Under the pieces are notes generated by a model that saw only the letters and a list, made by a program, of their open reading frames with translations, did no database searches and was not told the origin of the DNA. A DNA stretch of 64,000 nucleotides from Eledone cirrhosa (lineage: Eukaryota), in contig OZ024741.1 in the NCBI GenBank assembly GCA_964016885.1, forward strand, positions 109,368,001-109,432,000, given 5' to 3'. Shown here one piece after another: positions 42,507 to 59,279 of this stretch (the first letter of the stretch is position 1; every line of letters starts with the position of its first letter). The translations under genes and the position numbers were made by a program.

Positions 42507-42574
42507 TATGTATATGTATATATATATATATATATATATGTAAACAGGCATAACTGATGCATATCGATGATGAT

Positions 42575-42792
42575 CATTGTGTGAAGAAGAGTTTAAAAAT
42601 CCCAGTGGAAGGAAATGGCAAAGGAGGAAGACCAAGAAAGACTACGGAGAGGTTGTGAGAGCTAATCTCAAATTGCTGAAGCTCACAAATGAGTTGAAGG
42701 AAGACCCCAATAAGTGGAGGGATGCTGTACTGGTAAAAACCCATCCAACCCATGCAGCATGAAAAAGCGAACTTAAAATGATGATGATGATA
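42575..42792 (+). mobile_element. RTE-like LINE 3' fragment with (ATG)n tail
   Basis: SGRKWQRRKTKKDYGEVVRANLK..NKWR, then aaaatgatgatgatga. Confidence 0.55.
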
Positions 42793-43899
42793 TTTTGTAT
42801 GATGTTCTATTTATATCAATCCACTGAATAACAGGATAAATAACATTGGTTATCTATAAACAAGACATTCATGTTTGCTGTATGTAGATGGTTACTTATT
42901 TACATGGTTGGTAGACTTAATTCATTGCCTGGCTTAACATCACCATTTGGCCCATGGGTGTCTTTAGTGGAATTTACTATGTAACAAAAATTTGATCCTG
43001 ATTTCCAGTTTGATGATACTTTTCTCACTCCTTTCCTCTTGCCTGTCTCACTGGCCCCAAAAAGGGTTATGGGTATTGGCCTTCCTCTTACAAAATAATC
43101 AAAAACATGTGCCAGATTATTAAATAGGAACCAAATTAGTCATAAATAAAATTGATTAAAACCATTTCACATTCAATTTGATGTACATATCTTTAAAATG
43201 AAACATCATCGTTTTTACATTGGCTTTTCTATGCTGGCATGGGTTGGAAGGGACTTTTTGAGGTAATGTTTTACAGCCAGATGCCCTTCCTTTTAAAAAC
43301 TTCTTATGACATGCAGGGATTTGGTGTACCTATTCCAAACTGGATACACCAGAATTTCTAGATGTAATGATAAGATACATTGTCATAGGAAAGTAGAATG
43401 GTATATCACCAACAGATGTACTTCTAGACTTAAAATACTTATAAAATGCTAAAAATAGCCATTACAAATGCTTCTCAGACTCAGGGATTATCAATTGAAC
43501 ACTGGGTCATGCCTTTCCTCAAAGATTTGAGTAGTTTAAAAATGTCCTTTAGCTAAACTTTGCTTTGTACTATGAATGTCTGTTTTACGTGAAAATTATA
43601 ATAGAATTTAATAATCTTCAAATTGTTATGTCAATGATAATTAATATTACCTATAAAATCGTTTCTATATATACAGATTTATGTTTGATTTAAAATATTG
43701 TCAACTTTATATTGACAATATTGTAAGAGTGAAACATATTATAGGCTGTAACAAGGCAAATTGTAAGTCTATCTATCTATCTAGGATTAAATGATATATC
43801 CATATTTTTTTCATTTAAGCTTAAAACATTTTGGTATCTGATATATGTATGCATGTATGTATGTATGTATGTATGTATATGTGCATGTGTATGTATATG

Positions 43900-44260
43900 C
43901 GTGGGGACATATAAATAGTCGAGCTGGATTCCTGATCGCGCGCTTAAACCACTAGGAGTGAAAGACCCATAGCCTTTGTCAGGGCATCCTTCTAGGAGAT
44001 GGCAACTCAGGAAACTGGGATGGCTCCGACATAAAACCTGCAGCTCAGTACTTACCGATGATGTTGATCTTTTCTTCTTTTCGGGTTATAACTACTGTCG
44101 CCCAGAGAGTGATTTTCGCTTAGTGCACAATCTTTCCTCACTTTAAAAAAAAATCTTCACGCACAGGCAGTGCACGATAGAATTAACTAATGATTATTAA
44201 TAATGATGATATATCGTGCAATGGCCATACTCGATAACGAGGGGGCAGCCATCATCATCA
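43900..44260 (+). mobile_element. Short non-autonomous retroelement, probably RTE-derived; second copy 50213-50552 (-)
   Basis: Two diverged copies; RTE-5'UTR-like ggcatccttctaggagatggcaactc..ataaaacc; (cat)n tail next to (tgta)n. Confidence 0.65.
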
Positions 44261-44612
44261 TGTATGTATGTATGTATGTATGTATGTAAGAATGTATAAT
44301 ACATATTTATGAGGGACTCTCCCGTCGATACCAACTTATGAGTATCTAACAGCTTTACCTTAGTCAGTTGGTGGATATCTACTATCTCTGACATGCTGCC
44401 AATATTGAGAAATGAACAAACAGTGCTTAGGGCTCCCTTTTGTGCTTCTTACTCAGATTGAGAAGGGAAGTGCGGTGCCTAAAAGACGTATTTTATCACC
44501 ATTGATGGAGACAGACAGCAGAATTGCTAGCTGATTATTGCTAGAACGGCTATCACTCAATGTTCGCAACTATATAGGGTGTCAGCTTGGGACTTCCAGT
44601 AATCTCCTACAA

Positions 44613-44938
44613 CAGAGTTTCTCAAAGTGGCCGCTACCGCCCTCTAGGGGCGTTGAGGAGGTCCTGGGAGGCACTGGGGAAGTGGGTGGGGTCGGTAGAG
44701 ATGATATGATAATAAATATTAAATGATACATATATATAAATATAGTAAAATAAAAAATATATATATTTATTTATGCATAGTATATATTATATTATTTATT
44801 ATATACAAATGAACGATTTTATTATATATTATTTACAACTTGCATGTCGGCAGGTCTCTCTGGAAATAGGGGTGGGGGCGCTGAGGATATTACGTGGCTG
44901 TAAGTTCGGTGGGGGCCCAAAACGTTTGAGAACCTTTC
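44613..44938. mobile_element. hAT(Charlie)-like MITE remnant
   Basis: Ends cagagtttctcaaa / tttgagaacctt resemble CAGTGGTTCTCAA-type TIRs. Confidence 0.5.
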
Positions 44939-45264
44939 ACCTTTATTCTTTCGCCAGTGGGCCGGCCAGCTGCTAGTTGACTACCACACTATTGATGTGA
45001 TGACTTTTCTCATAGTAAAGGATCTGTGCACATGTATTGATTATGATCCCTTGAACAGGGTTTATTGGATGGCCTGAATTCCTCCGCCCTTTGTCTGGCT
45101 GCGCTTTTCTACAGGTTGGGTGTCCCAAACTCACATATACACATATACCGACACGGACCCATACACACATATACCGAGAAACACATACATACACTAAACA
45201 TACGCACACAAACCACACACACACATATATACACACATACACACACACACATATGTATATATAT

Positions 45265-45320
<56 letters not shown>

Positions 45321-46038
45321 CACATACATATATATACACATATATATATATATATGTATATATATGTGTATATATTTATATATATATGTGTGTTTATTTA
45401 TGTGTGTGTATATATATATAGAGCGCTCTATCTCAAAATACTTATTACTAATTTATACTTATTCCTAATTAAACTATTTTTCACTGGGAAAAATTTGTCA
45501 GCATTTTCTTTTCCTTTTTACTAATATATCACAATTCGTGTGTCACACCTCTGTATATATATATATATATAAATTTATATATATATATGTGTTTATTTAT
45601 GTATATATATACTAAAAAGAAAGAGAGAACACTATTACAAAGAACTGGGAGCAAAAACGAAAAAATATAAAAACATAGCGCAAGAACGAATTTTAAAAAA
45701 AAATTTTGACGATGTTATTTAAAATGGAGGGAAATAAGAGGAAATAGGTGAGAGTAAGAAGAAAGTGATAGCATATAAGGAAGAGAGAAAGATGTGGGGT
45801 GAAAGATGAAAGGTAGGAGATTAAGATAAAAACATCAAAGGATTTTCTAAGTGGGTTGGGTGAGTGGTTAGATGAGGGTTGGGTGGGGAATATATGTTAA
45901 TTAAAATTGACATTGAAGAAAGTGTTTGAATCGATATGATGGATCACTAGATAGATTTCACAGCAATGGAAGTCGTCTTCGTCATCCCCCCAGTCCCCCC
46001 CCCCTCTCTCCCTCCCTCCCTCTCTCTCTCTCTTTCTT

Positions 46039-46085
<47 letters not shown>

Positions 46086-46172
46086 ATATATATATATATA
46101 TATATAAGGGCGGTGCCCCAGCATGGCCTCAGCCGGATGGCTGAAACAGGTAAAAGAGTAAAAGAGTATATA

Positions 46173-46863
46173 TCTGTATACATATAAAGGCGAAGTTTTC
46201 TGTATGTGTGTGTGTGGACAATTTTTAATGAGGGCTCATATATTCTAAACCATTCATGCGATTTCTTTGAAATTTTTTACAGAGCTTCTCCTTGCACAAA
46301 ACCTGTACATGATCTACAAAGGCTTTCACAAATCGACATTGGGGCCTTTGGAGACATTAAAAAACTTTCGGTTATTTGTGTGAATTTTCGTGATTAAGTA
46401 AGACAAGAGTTATCTTTCGTAATTCGGCTCATTCGGAATTTAATTTACACTTTGTACTTGAAACAAAAGGTACGCTTCCTTGAGACTAATAATATCATTT
46501 TGCATATTTCACAACCAACAATTTCTAACAGATTACTAAGTTAAGTTATAGATTTGACATTGTATAATTTATCGTTTCAAGCTTGATGTTCATACATTAA
46601 GTGATGTCATAACTTTTACAATATTATGATTTGTACATAATAGTGTCTATTATTCACTTCACTTCTCTATTTCATGATGCGCGTTTACTGTTGTCAAAAA
46701 GGACACCGAACTCACATATTAATTATTTCGCTGGAATAGTGCCTAAGGTTTTCATGTTTACATAAAGTACGTTTTTCTTCTATGTATTCAAATTTACTTT
46801 GTTTAGTTTAATGAGCTACATCGAAAGCTACTTGAACCGTCCAAAGGACGGGTAGTTTAGCTA

Positions 46864-46864
<1 letters not shown>
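46173..46864 (+). mobile_element. Non-autonomous Helitron-like element
   Basis: 5' a^tctgtatacatataaagg; 3' hairpin ccgtcc-aaa-ggacgg followed by ctag^t. Confidence 0.7.
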
Positions 46865-46904
<40 letters not shown>

Positions 46905-47085
46905 TATTGATTTTTCCCTGGATTTCACAAAATCTGTGGATAAATCTATGTCTTGATTTTTTTTTAATTGAGTTTGAATTATTTTCCCACATCTTACGTT
47001 AATTATTTTTCCATTTTGACGTTATAGTCACTTATATATTATGGAATACTGTTGGCTTCATGCTCACAATAATTTCTATACTTTC

Positions 47086-47154
<69 letters not shown>

Positions 47155-47209
47155 GATATATATATACATATATATATATATGTGTATGTGTGTATGTGTG
47201 CATGTGTAT

Positions 47210-47747
47210 TACTTATATTTCAGGGTATGTTATGCACATTAAAAAAATCTACTTTTTGAGACGCTAGGCCTAGGGCGCGCATTATGTGAAAAACTGCGTT
47301 TTCTCAGGTTTTTAGGAGTTTTTTGAGGCGTTACCTCAGACTGATTTCCTTGAAATTGTAACTATGTATTAGTCAGTCTCTTCTTCATAGAGTGAGCAAA
47401 GAAAATCCAACTTTTTATGGACTAGGGCCCGCATTAGGGGAAAAATTCATTTTTTCAGATTTTAGGGCTTTTTTGAGGTGTTACGTCTAGCAGATTATCC
47501 CGAAATTTCAAGGTATATTATGCACATAAAAACATTCATTTATTTGATCCCCTAGGGCCCGCATTAGTTGAAAACCTGCATTTTTCCTGTTTCATCGAGG
47601 AAAATTTTAAAGATTATCCAGCTCTCAGAGTATTCGGTTTATTTTCTTTATATATTGTCCAGGCATGCAGTTTTTCCACGATTAGGTCTGTTGGTGGCCC
47701 GCGTTCCAAAATACCTTATCCCGTGCAACGCCGGGTACTACTTCTAG
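47210..47747 (+). mobile_element. Helitron-like 3' portion with internal subrepeats
   Basis: 3' end cccgtgcaacgccggg-tactactt-ctag^t; repeated ctagggcccgcattag. Confidence 0.65.
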
Positions 47748-48074
47748 TTAATAATAATGTTATGCTTTTTACCCCCCAACTTACAATCAATCACCATCCC
47801 TTACAATTTTGCACGTTACTACCATTTCATGTACAGCCTTCTTTAAATGCTTCCTTGCGCACAATATTTGATATAGGGTCTAATATTATTATTTGAATTT
47901 GGTAAACTTTTTTCTTCTTATATTTACTGAAGAAAAGCAGTTGTTATATGTTTTGAAAATTAACTGTTTCCGATCGGCTTAATTTTTACATATGCATGTC
48001 CTATTGTCACCTGTATTGAAACGTACGTTGAAATTAAAGAATGGATCTAAATTGACAAACTTGGGTTTTCTTCA

Positions 48075-48151
<77 letters not shown>

Positions 48152-48458
48152 GAAAATGTACATAGAAATAGCTAAACAAACGACAGAGTGCAATGGGAAA
48201 TACATTAGTTTAACGCTTGAAATAGTAGGAAAAGAGCCTTAACATTTCGGACAATAGTTTTTCATCAAAAGATAAAATTAGAAAAATATAGAGTGAGAAG
48301 AGGGAGGAACGGGAAAACAATAAGAAAAGAACACACGTGCGTATTCAGTCAGCCATTTTGCAGATTTGCTGGTCAAGGGAAATCTTACGCGTTAGAGAGT
48401 TTAGGAAGCGACGTAATCATTATGTATTTGGTGAGGACATGTGTGTATGCATGCGTGC

Positions 48459-49110
<652 letters not shown>

Positions 49111-49111
49111 A

Positions 49112-49807
<696 letters not shown>

Positions 49808-49863
49808 GTATAGGTATATATATATATATATATACATATGTATATGTATATGTATATATATAC

Positions 49864-49939
<76 letters not shown>

Positions 49940-49946
49940 GTATATG

Positions 49947-50035
<89 letters not shown>

Positions 50036-51105
50036 CATACGGAAATTTTCAGAATATATATAACTAAAGAGATCTCTAAAATAATCCCATTCAGAGAAGC
50101 AAATACATATAGAACATCCTATACAGAATCACCGAGGGGTAGATTACTTTAGAAGCATCTTACCTTAGGGATAACAAGAATTACCCTTATCCATCCATAC
50201 GTATAAACATACATGATGGCTTCCCCCTCGTTATCGAGTATGGCCATTGCACGATATACCATTATTAATAATTATTAATTAATTCTATCGTGCAATGCCT
50301 GTGCGTGAAGATTTTTTTAAAGTGAGGAAAGACTGTGCACTGAGCCAATCCGACTCTCTGAGCGACAGTAGCTATAACCCGAAAAGAAGAAAAGATCAAC
50401 ATCTGAGCCGCAGGTTTTATATCGGAATTATCCCAGTTTCCTGAGTTGCCTTCCCCCCTAGAAGAATGCCGTGACAAAGGCTAGGGACCCTTCACTCCTA
50501 GTTGTTTAACCGCGCGATCGGGTGTCTAGCACGACTATTTCTATGTCCCTGCGCATATGCATACACATGCACACATGTATATACACATATACATACATAT
50601 TTACATGGGCATATACATATTTACACACTTTTGGATGGTCGGTTGATTCTTATGAGCTCTTACGCCCTTTGTCAGGTTTTGCTTTTTGTCCTGCAGGGTG
50701 TCCAAAATCACCCTCATCGGCAAGTAAACTTGGTGCGGTTGCAGGCTTAGTCGCCGAAGACCTGATCATGGGTTACATGTTACCAGTAGTAATCATGAGT
50801 GCCCCGACATACATACATACACACATACAAACATACATACATACATACAACCATACATACAAGTATGCATGCATAGAGTACATATAAACATATATATATA
50901 TACAATATATTATACACCTGAGTGTATACACCCACACTCATTTCACATTAACCTATATGGCTTATCAACAGAGAACTCTTTACTGCAGAGAATCTAGCCT
51001 CCACAGCACACACGCACACGCACACACGCTCACACTCACTCACGCACACACACACACATACTCACGCACACACACACACACACTCACACTCACATACACA
51101 TACAC

Positions 51106-51155
<50 letters not shown>

Positions 51156-51616
51156 GTGAATGTGTATGTATACATATAATAGATATACATTGATATATTA
51201 ATGTATATATATATAAATAAATACATACATATACATCTGTGCGTATGTACGCATGTATGTATATATGTATATATGTATATATGTATATAAGCATGCATAT
51301 ATGTATGTATCAGCACTGCATCAATTGAATATATTGTCACTGAACACTGAAAGTAAAGATGAGCGTAGCTGTAAATACCGTGACCGGACTTTCAGAGGAA
51401 TATGATATATGGGAACAATAGTAACTACATCGATTGAATGGAGATGTTATCTAAGGAAGGATGCACTCCTATAAATAACTGAAATGTTTATGATGTTAGA
51501 TAAGTATTTTTAGGTAAATGAAAAATTGAATTTAGAAATATCATATAAAAAGTTATATACAGATAAATATGTTAGTATTTTTCATTCTCATTTTCTCCCT
51601 CTCTTTTTACATATTG

Positions 51617-51696
<80 letters not shown>

Positions 51697-51800
51697 TATA
51701 TATATATTAAAGAGTTAAACAATATTCAATGAGTATATCAAAGAATGAGTTTTACAGTAGATTGGAAGCACTTTATGAAAAATAATTTTCCAGAGTTATT

Positions 51801-51944
51801 AATATTAAAGTACAAATATTAATAAAATAGATGTTCTTTTTATCATTATATTCTTTTGTATGTATGTTTGATTGCATATTCAATAAATATAAAATGTAAT
51901 TGATAAAAAGAACATCTATTTTATTAATATTTGTACTTTAATAT
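51801..51944. repeat. Fold-back with ~45-bp arms ending in (TA)n
   Basis: atattaaagtacaaatattaataaaatagatgttctttttatca / tgataaaaagaacatctattttattaatatttgtactttaatat. Confidence 0.8.
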
Positions 51945-51951
51945 ATATATA

Positions 51952-52630
51952 TATTGTTATACTTGGGGAGGGTCATATATGGGTAATATTGCCAGAATTA
52001 ATAACAGAACACACTCACTGTTTGGTTAGTTTTCGCTTTTCGCTTTCCGCTTCTGTGTCTTTTATATCGGTAATCTAATTTATTCGGTCCTCAATGTTAC
52101 CATTGACTGACCAACGGTCAAAAATAATACAGATACAATATAGACACAAACACATATATATAGTTTATCAATACGCAGTCACCCAATCACGAACACACAT
52201 CAAACAAAACACTATACACACACGCAATCGCATGCGCAAAGAAGACAAAATAAAATAAACAAATAAATAAATATATAAACAGACTAAATAAAGATGGCGT
52301 AGAAAATACAATGTAACGGGAGGAAACAATAGCACCACTGACGATGTTGCAGATGTGCAACGAAAGAACTTTGATAAACTATATATATGTGTTTGTGTCT
52401 ATATTGTATCTGTATTATTTTTGACCGTTGGTCAGTCAATGGCAACATTGAGGACCGAATAAATTAGATTACCGATATAAAAGACACAGAAGCGAAAAGC
52501 GAAAACCAACCAAACAGTGAGTGAGTTCTATTATTAATTCTGGCAATATTAAACAAATATGATCCTCCCCAAGTATAACAATATTTGTTTCGACACACGA
52601 TTTCATATAAAAAAACCTCGCAAAACTATA
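51952..52630. mobile_element. Penelope pLTR-derived tail-out element (arms ~51952-52171 / 52371-52584), related to the 17422 family
   Basis: ~215-bp inverted repeat; terminus gttatacttggggagggtcat resembles gttatactttgggatggtcat at 17423. Confidence 0.85.
52333..52376 (+). ncRNA. Minimal type I hammerhead (stem I partly decayed)
   Basis: ca-CTGACGA-t-gttgca-gatg-tgcaac-GAAA-gaac-TT^tga; same stem III as 17572-17614. Confidence 0.7.
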
Positions 52631-52635
52631 TATAT

Positions 52636-53312
<677 letters not shown>

Positions 53313-53572
53313 AAGGAAGATGAAATGATATATATAAGGAAGAAAGATGAAATGCAACTGGAGTCTTTTTTTTTTTAAATATATTCATTTGGTTCCTTTA
53401 CTTTTCAAAAGTAGAATTGAGATGGAGGGTTTACATATATATGTATACTACATGTAAAAAGAGAGAGAGAAAATGAGAATCAAAAATACTAACATATTTA
53501 TCTGTATATAACTTTTTATATGATATTTCTAAATTCAATTCCCTAAGTATCTGGTGCGTTATGGTCCACCTG

Positions 53573-53630
<58 letters not shown>

Positions 53631-54054
53631 ACACCAACATTACCACCATCACAACCATACCTTACCACCACCGCTATCAGATGAGACAGACGATTCCTGC
53701 CATGGAATATTCTAATCTGTTCTCCGATTCAACTAAATAGTTTTGACATCTTGCTTCCGTTGTATTGTCCTGCAGTCAGCCATGACACTGAAAAACCGTT
53801 ATCAACCATTCCTCTTAATACACGCTGGTGATTTGCTATCTCTTATGCTGTTGTTGATGTTGTTCGTGGTGGTATTGTGTGATAAAGGTGGGCGTATTGG
53901 GGATGATTGGGCGTATGACGTCGATGATGATGATGAAGTTGCCTTTTGTGCAGTAATATTGTCCCTGGTGAAGTTCAATAGAAAATATATCAATATATCA
54001 CAGATAAACACTCAAACTTTACACACGCCCCCCCCCCCACACACACACACACAT

Positions 54055-54137
<83 letters not shown>

Positions 54138-54458
54138 CATTCCTGATGATTTCATACGAATGAAACTCTTCTAGTCCTGTAGAAGCCATTTGTACATTAA
54201 ATAATAATATATATCATATATACAATTCTTATGGTGAGCCTGTTACTCTGGAGTTTCACCTACACACTCACAGGATCGTCAGACAAGAGTCTGACTGATG
54301 ATCTTGTGAGTGCGCAGGTGAAACTCATATGTAACAAGGCTCGCCACATAGCCATAATAAATGAATTTTTAAACACTACTTCAATACTAAATACCGTTCG
54401 CCCGTTAATGATATGTGGTTCTCTCTCTCTCTCTCTCTCTCTCCGTCCCTCTCTCTCG

Positions 54459-54492
<34 letters not shown>

Positions 54493-54575
54493 CTCTCTCT
54501 CTCTTCCTCTCTCTCTCTCACTCTCTTCCGCTCTCTATTTCTCTCTGTATGTATATATATATATATATATATATG

Positions 54576-54955
54576 CTCTTGGGTCTCAAATAATAGCACC
54601 CCGCTCTGGTTTAATCATTTTTCAGATTTTTTCACATATTCCCCCACTTCACTCTAATTCCAGCCTCTCGTCTTATTAAATTTTGCTATTCTATCTCCGA
54701 CGAAATTTTATTTGAATTGGTAGCATTCCTGAGACAATTAATTTTCTTTATACATTAAAAAACATTATACATGACAAAAAAGGTACATTAATAGAATCTT
54801 CTACATTATAAAATAAATAGGATGATTTGGGGTCTCAATATATAAATTAAACCACTAATTCTGTTTGAGTTTTTAATCAACGGAGACAATCTAGAAATAT
54901 TATCGATTCCACCCGCCCCCTGTTCCCCCCCCCCCCATTATTTGGGAGCCGAGAG
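54576..54955. mobile_element. MITE with ~20-bp imperfect TIRs (Tc1/pogo-type, TA site)
   Basis: ctcttgggtctcaaataat / attatttgggagccgagag-ta. Confidence 0.55.
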
Positions 54956-54956
54956 T

Positions 54957-54990
<34 letters not shown>

Positions 54991-55192
54991 AAGGCTTTCT
55001 GCCCAACGGTTGAGCGTTTACCTTTCAGACTGTTTTAACAGCTCAGCCATAGCACAGGAAAACATTACAGTATCTATACGCTTATGTATAGAGAGAGAGA
55101 CGAAAAGAGATTGAGAAATAGAAAGTGAGAGAATAAAGGAAAATAAGAATATTAAATAGGTTGATAGAGAGAAAAATAGTTAGATAGATAGG

Positions 55193-55265
<73 letters not shown>

Positions 55266-57157
55266 TTCTTTATTAGCCACAAGGGCGCAACAAGAAAGGG
55301 GACAATACAAATGGGGAGTTTACATACAGGTATATCAAAATAAAACTATTAATAAAATAACAAATAACAATTGAAACCCCTAATAGGGGGTGGGTTACAC
55401 AACAGTTGTACACACCCCGAAAAAATGTACAACCCTCATCTCCAGGAGCACCAAGAGTGAGTACTCCCTTCCTCTCTTCCTCTTTTTCCTCAACCTACAG
55501 GATTATATAGAGAGAAGGCCCAACCACTCGGGCCATCTTTGCCACATTCACCCACCTTTTATAAAATTTGCTGGGGTACAGCACCTCTCTCTTCATCCTG
55601 ATTCTTCTTCCAAAGGAATTGGAAGAGCGCGCGCTCCATTTTGGTGAGCGTTTTGGCTGGACAAGGCACGGCGGTCAAGCGGTAGGAGATGACGGACGCT
55701 ATAAAAGTGTCCGCTCGACCTTTCAAGGATAGTTTGCACTCGGCCCACGTCTGGGTGAGCGCAAACACCTTGGCCGTCACCTCGTTCGAGTTCTTCTCCA
55801 CCTGGAGGTCCGGACCAAACCAGACCCCGAGCAGCTTTACCGGTCCTTCCGCCCAGCGTCCGACGACGCCATCGGAAGGCATCGGTTTGCCTCTCCACGT
55901 TCCGAGTTGCAAACCGATGGATTTGTCCAGGTTCAGCTTCGCTCCTGTAAACATTTCGTATTCCTTCAGTAAGGTGCCGACCTCCCCGATTTGCGAGGTG
56001 CTCGACACCAATACTGTCATGTCGTCGGCGTAGGCCGACGCCGCTTTTCGCAGTGCCGGTTCCAAAGGGATGCTCTGCAATAGCTCCAACTTCCGCAGTA
56101 GTGGCTCGAGAGTCAGTAATTACAGAACGGAGGAGAGAGGGCATCCCTGTCGGATGGATCGCGTGATATGGAACGGCTCTGAGAGGTAGCCGTTCACCTT
56201 GACCCTTGAGCAGATGTTGCTGCTATGCATTGCAGCAATCCAGCCCCTGAACACGGGTCCAAAGCCTGCCGCCTCGAGCACCGCATCCAGGTAACGATGG
56301 TCAACCATATCGAAAGCCTTAGACTGATCCAAGTTGATCAGGGCCCCACCGAAGCCGGGTTTACACCCTACCCTCTCTATGATGTATCGCATGAGGTGGA
56401 GGTTGTCGTGTATGCATCTGGTCGGGATTACGCATGTCTGCGCTTCTCCCACCAGGTTTTTGACGACAAGCGCCAGCCTCTTTGCCAACACCTTAGCCAA
56501 AATCTATAACTCTGTGTTTAGCAGAGTTATGGGCCGGAAGTTGCCTATGTCATCCCCCTTATTCTCGTCCTTCCTGACTAACGTGACTACGCCCCCGGTC
56601 ACAGAACTGGGAATTCTCCCGTTCTGCTGCCAGTTGCAGTAGACCGCTTCCAGGAGACCGGAGAACAAGTCCGGCATTGCTACGTAAATTTCGTAGGGTA
56701 GACCGTCGAGACCTGGAGATTTGCATTTGCCGCATTGGCTCAGCGCGTCCCCTATCTCAGCGGTCGAAATCGGCCTTTTTCAGAAATTCGCCTCGCTGTC
56801 CGAGAGTCGCGTTAGGCCCTGGAGGTATGGACCGAAATACATAGTCCCTCCCGGCGCGCCGCCCTGCCCGAACAGTTGAGAAAAGTGCCGCTGAAAGGCC
56901 GCGTACATCTGCTTCGGCTCAGTATCACGCGTCCGCCTTGGTCCTTCAAAAACCGAATCGTGGACTTGTTGTCACTTTTCGCTTCCGTCACTCGGGCCCA
57001 GTTAACAGCTTTGGCTCCCTCGTTTCCCAGAGCACGTATTTTGCTCCTGACAACGCAGCCTTCATGCTTTGCGTCGAAGAACTGGTCCAAGGCCGTTCTC
57101 GTCGCTAACACGCTGGCTACGTTGCCACTCCTAAGTGCCTCTTCTACTTTATCTACC
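55266..57157 (-). mobile_element. 5'-truncated, internally deleted L1/Tx1 LINE inside a (GATA)n tract
   Basis: KSPGLDGLPYE, RPITLLNTE, AKVLAKRL, LDQSKAFD, IRQGCPLS, AYADD; (gata)n on both flanks (55181-55265, 57158-57210). Confidence 0.92.
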
Positions 57158-57219
57158 AGATAGATAGATAGATAGATAGATAGATATATAGATAGATAGA
57201 TAGATAGATAGCGCATGTG

Positions 57220-57630
57220 TAATAATTGTTTCTGCGTTTAGCACAAGGTCAACAATTTGAAGGGAATGGGAAAGTCAATTAAATCGACCTCAGTGCGTTA
57301 CTGGTACTTTATTTTATCGAACCCGTAAGGATGAAAGGCAAAGCTAACCTCGGCTGGATTTGAACTCAGAACGTAAAGGGCCGTAATTATATGCCACGAA
57401 GATATACCGGTACTGCGAAATCACCGCTCTTAGTACATCTGTAATAATAATTGTTTCTACTTTTGGCACAAGGCCAGTAATTACCCAGTGCATTACTGGT
57501 ACTTTATTTTATCGAACCCGTAAGGGTGAAAAGCAAAGTTAACCTCGGCGGCATTTGAACTCAGAACGTAAAAGGCCATAACTCTATGTTGCAAAGCAAG
57601 GTGTTTGACGCTCTACTGATACTGCCAAGT
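57220..57630 (-). mobile_element. Two tandem SINE family A copies (57220-57430, 57445-57630)
   Basis: Match to 39215-39400. Confidence 0.85.
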
Positions 57631-58010
57631 CTGCTCGAATAGGAGAGTCATAGAGCTAATTATTAACATTTCATAGACATTAACACCGTTAACAACAAAA
57701 ACATGAACAACATTAACAACTCTGTTAACATGAACAACAACAATGACATTAACAGCAATATTAATATAGGTATAAGTTCAAAAATGTGTACTGAAAGGAA
57801 TGTCGATTTTATCGATCTCATTACTTGATTGGTACTCAATTTTATCGACACTGGATGAATGAAATGCAAAGTAGACCATGGCAGGATTTTAACTCAGAAC
57901 GTAAAGAACTGGAACAAATATTGTGAACCCTTTCACCGATGCTCTAACGATTCTGTCAATAAAGTCAATAAGAACAAATACAATAAACACATGAACATAA
58001 ATGAACGTGC

Positions 58011-58353
58011 GATCACTGATAAAACGGTCTCCGGGTGTCACCGGGTTGGTTTCGAACTTAGTACATCAGGAATGACATACGAAGTAGAACGATAAATGTA
58101 GGTGCAAAACTTCATATAGACACAGTAGCCAGTGAGATGGCGAACGGGCGACTTGGTGTCGTCATAAATATTAGATGTATGATGATAATCTCTGTACATT
58201 TGCCACTGAACTTTACAAGGTGAAGGGTCAGGAGAAATAATGGTCAATGGTCTGAGGCCCTGGACGTAGGAATAGATCGTTACCAACTACATCACGACAT
58301 ACAACGACATATTGATAAGAATATTACCATGACAACCGGAGAATATCAGTATC
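58011..58353. mobile_element. Possible MITE with imperfect ~25-bp TIRs
   Basis: gatcactgataaaacggtctccgggtgtca / tgacaaccggagaatatcagtatc. Confidence 0.4.
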
Positions 58354-58473
58354 ATAAAAACAAAAAAATGTTCATATATGCATTCACATATATATACATA
58401 TATGCATGAAAAATAGTATTGTGTAGAAAGAGTGACATATGTGCGTGTGTGTATGTATGATATATGCATCCCG

Positions 58474-58547
<74 letters not shown>

Positions 58548-58567
58548 AAGTATGTGAATGTTTCTAG

Positions 58568-58609
<42 letters not shown>

Positions 58610-58725
58610 GGGTGTGTGAGTGTGCGTGCGTTTGTCTGTCCACACATATATATACACGCATATAAAGTCACTACCAATCTTTATCTGATCTGAATGATTG
58701 ATATATCTCCCTATATACTGATGTC

Positions 58726-58780
<55 letters not shown>

Positions 58781-58940
58781 ATGTATGTATAAGTATTTCT
58801 AAATGTGAAAGCAGCGGGACAGATGTATTGGGAGTTAGTAATTCGGTACCAGCTATATTATCATGTTCTCAGTTGGACGTTGTAATGTGTACTTAGGAAG
58901 GCATTAAAGTTTAATTCTCTACTAACGTATCTCTGTCTTT

Positions 58941-58998
<58 letters not shown>

Positions 58999-59013
58999 AT
59001 ATATGTATGTATA

Positions 59014-59064
<51 letters not shown>

Positions 59065-59077
59065 ATATGTATGTATA

Positions 59078-59123
<46 letters not shown>

Positions 59124-59137
59124 CATATGTATGTATA

Positions 59138-59187
<50 letters not shown>

Positions 59188-59188
59188 C

Positions 59189-59243
<55 letters not shown>

Positions 59244-59279
59244 CACACATATACATACAAACATATATATATATATATG

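Noticed and set aside
46108-46168. Half-hammerhead-like cagccggatggctGAAAcaggTA
   Set aside because: No upstream CUGANGA core or stem I; looks like a SINE-type 3' end with (taaaagag) repeats
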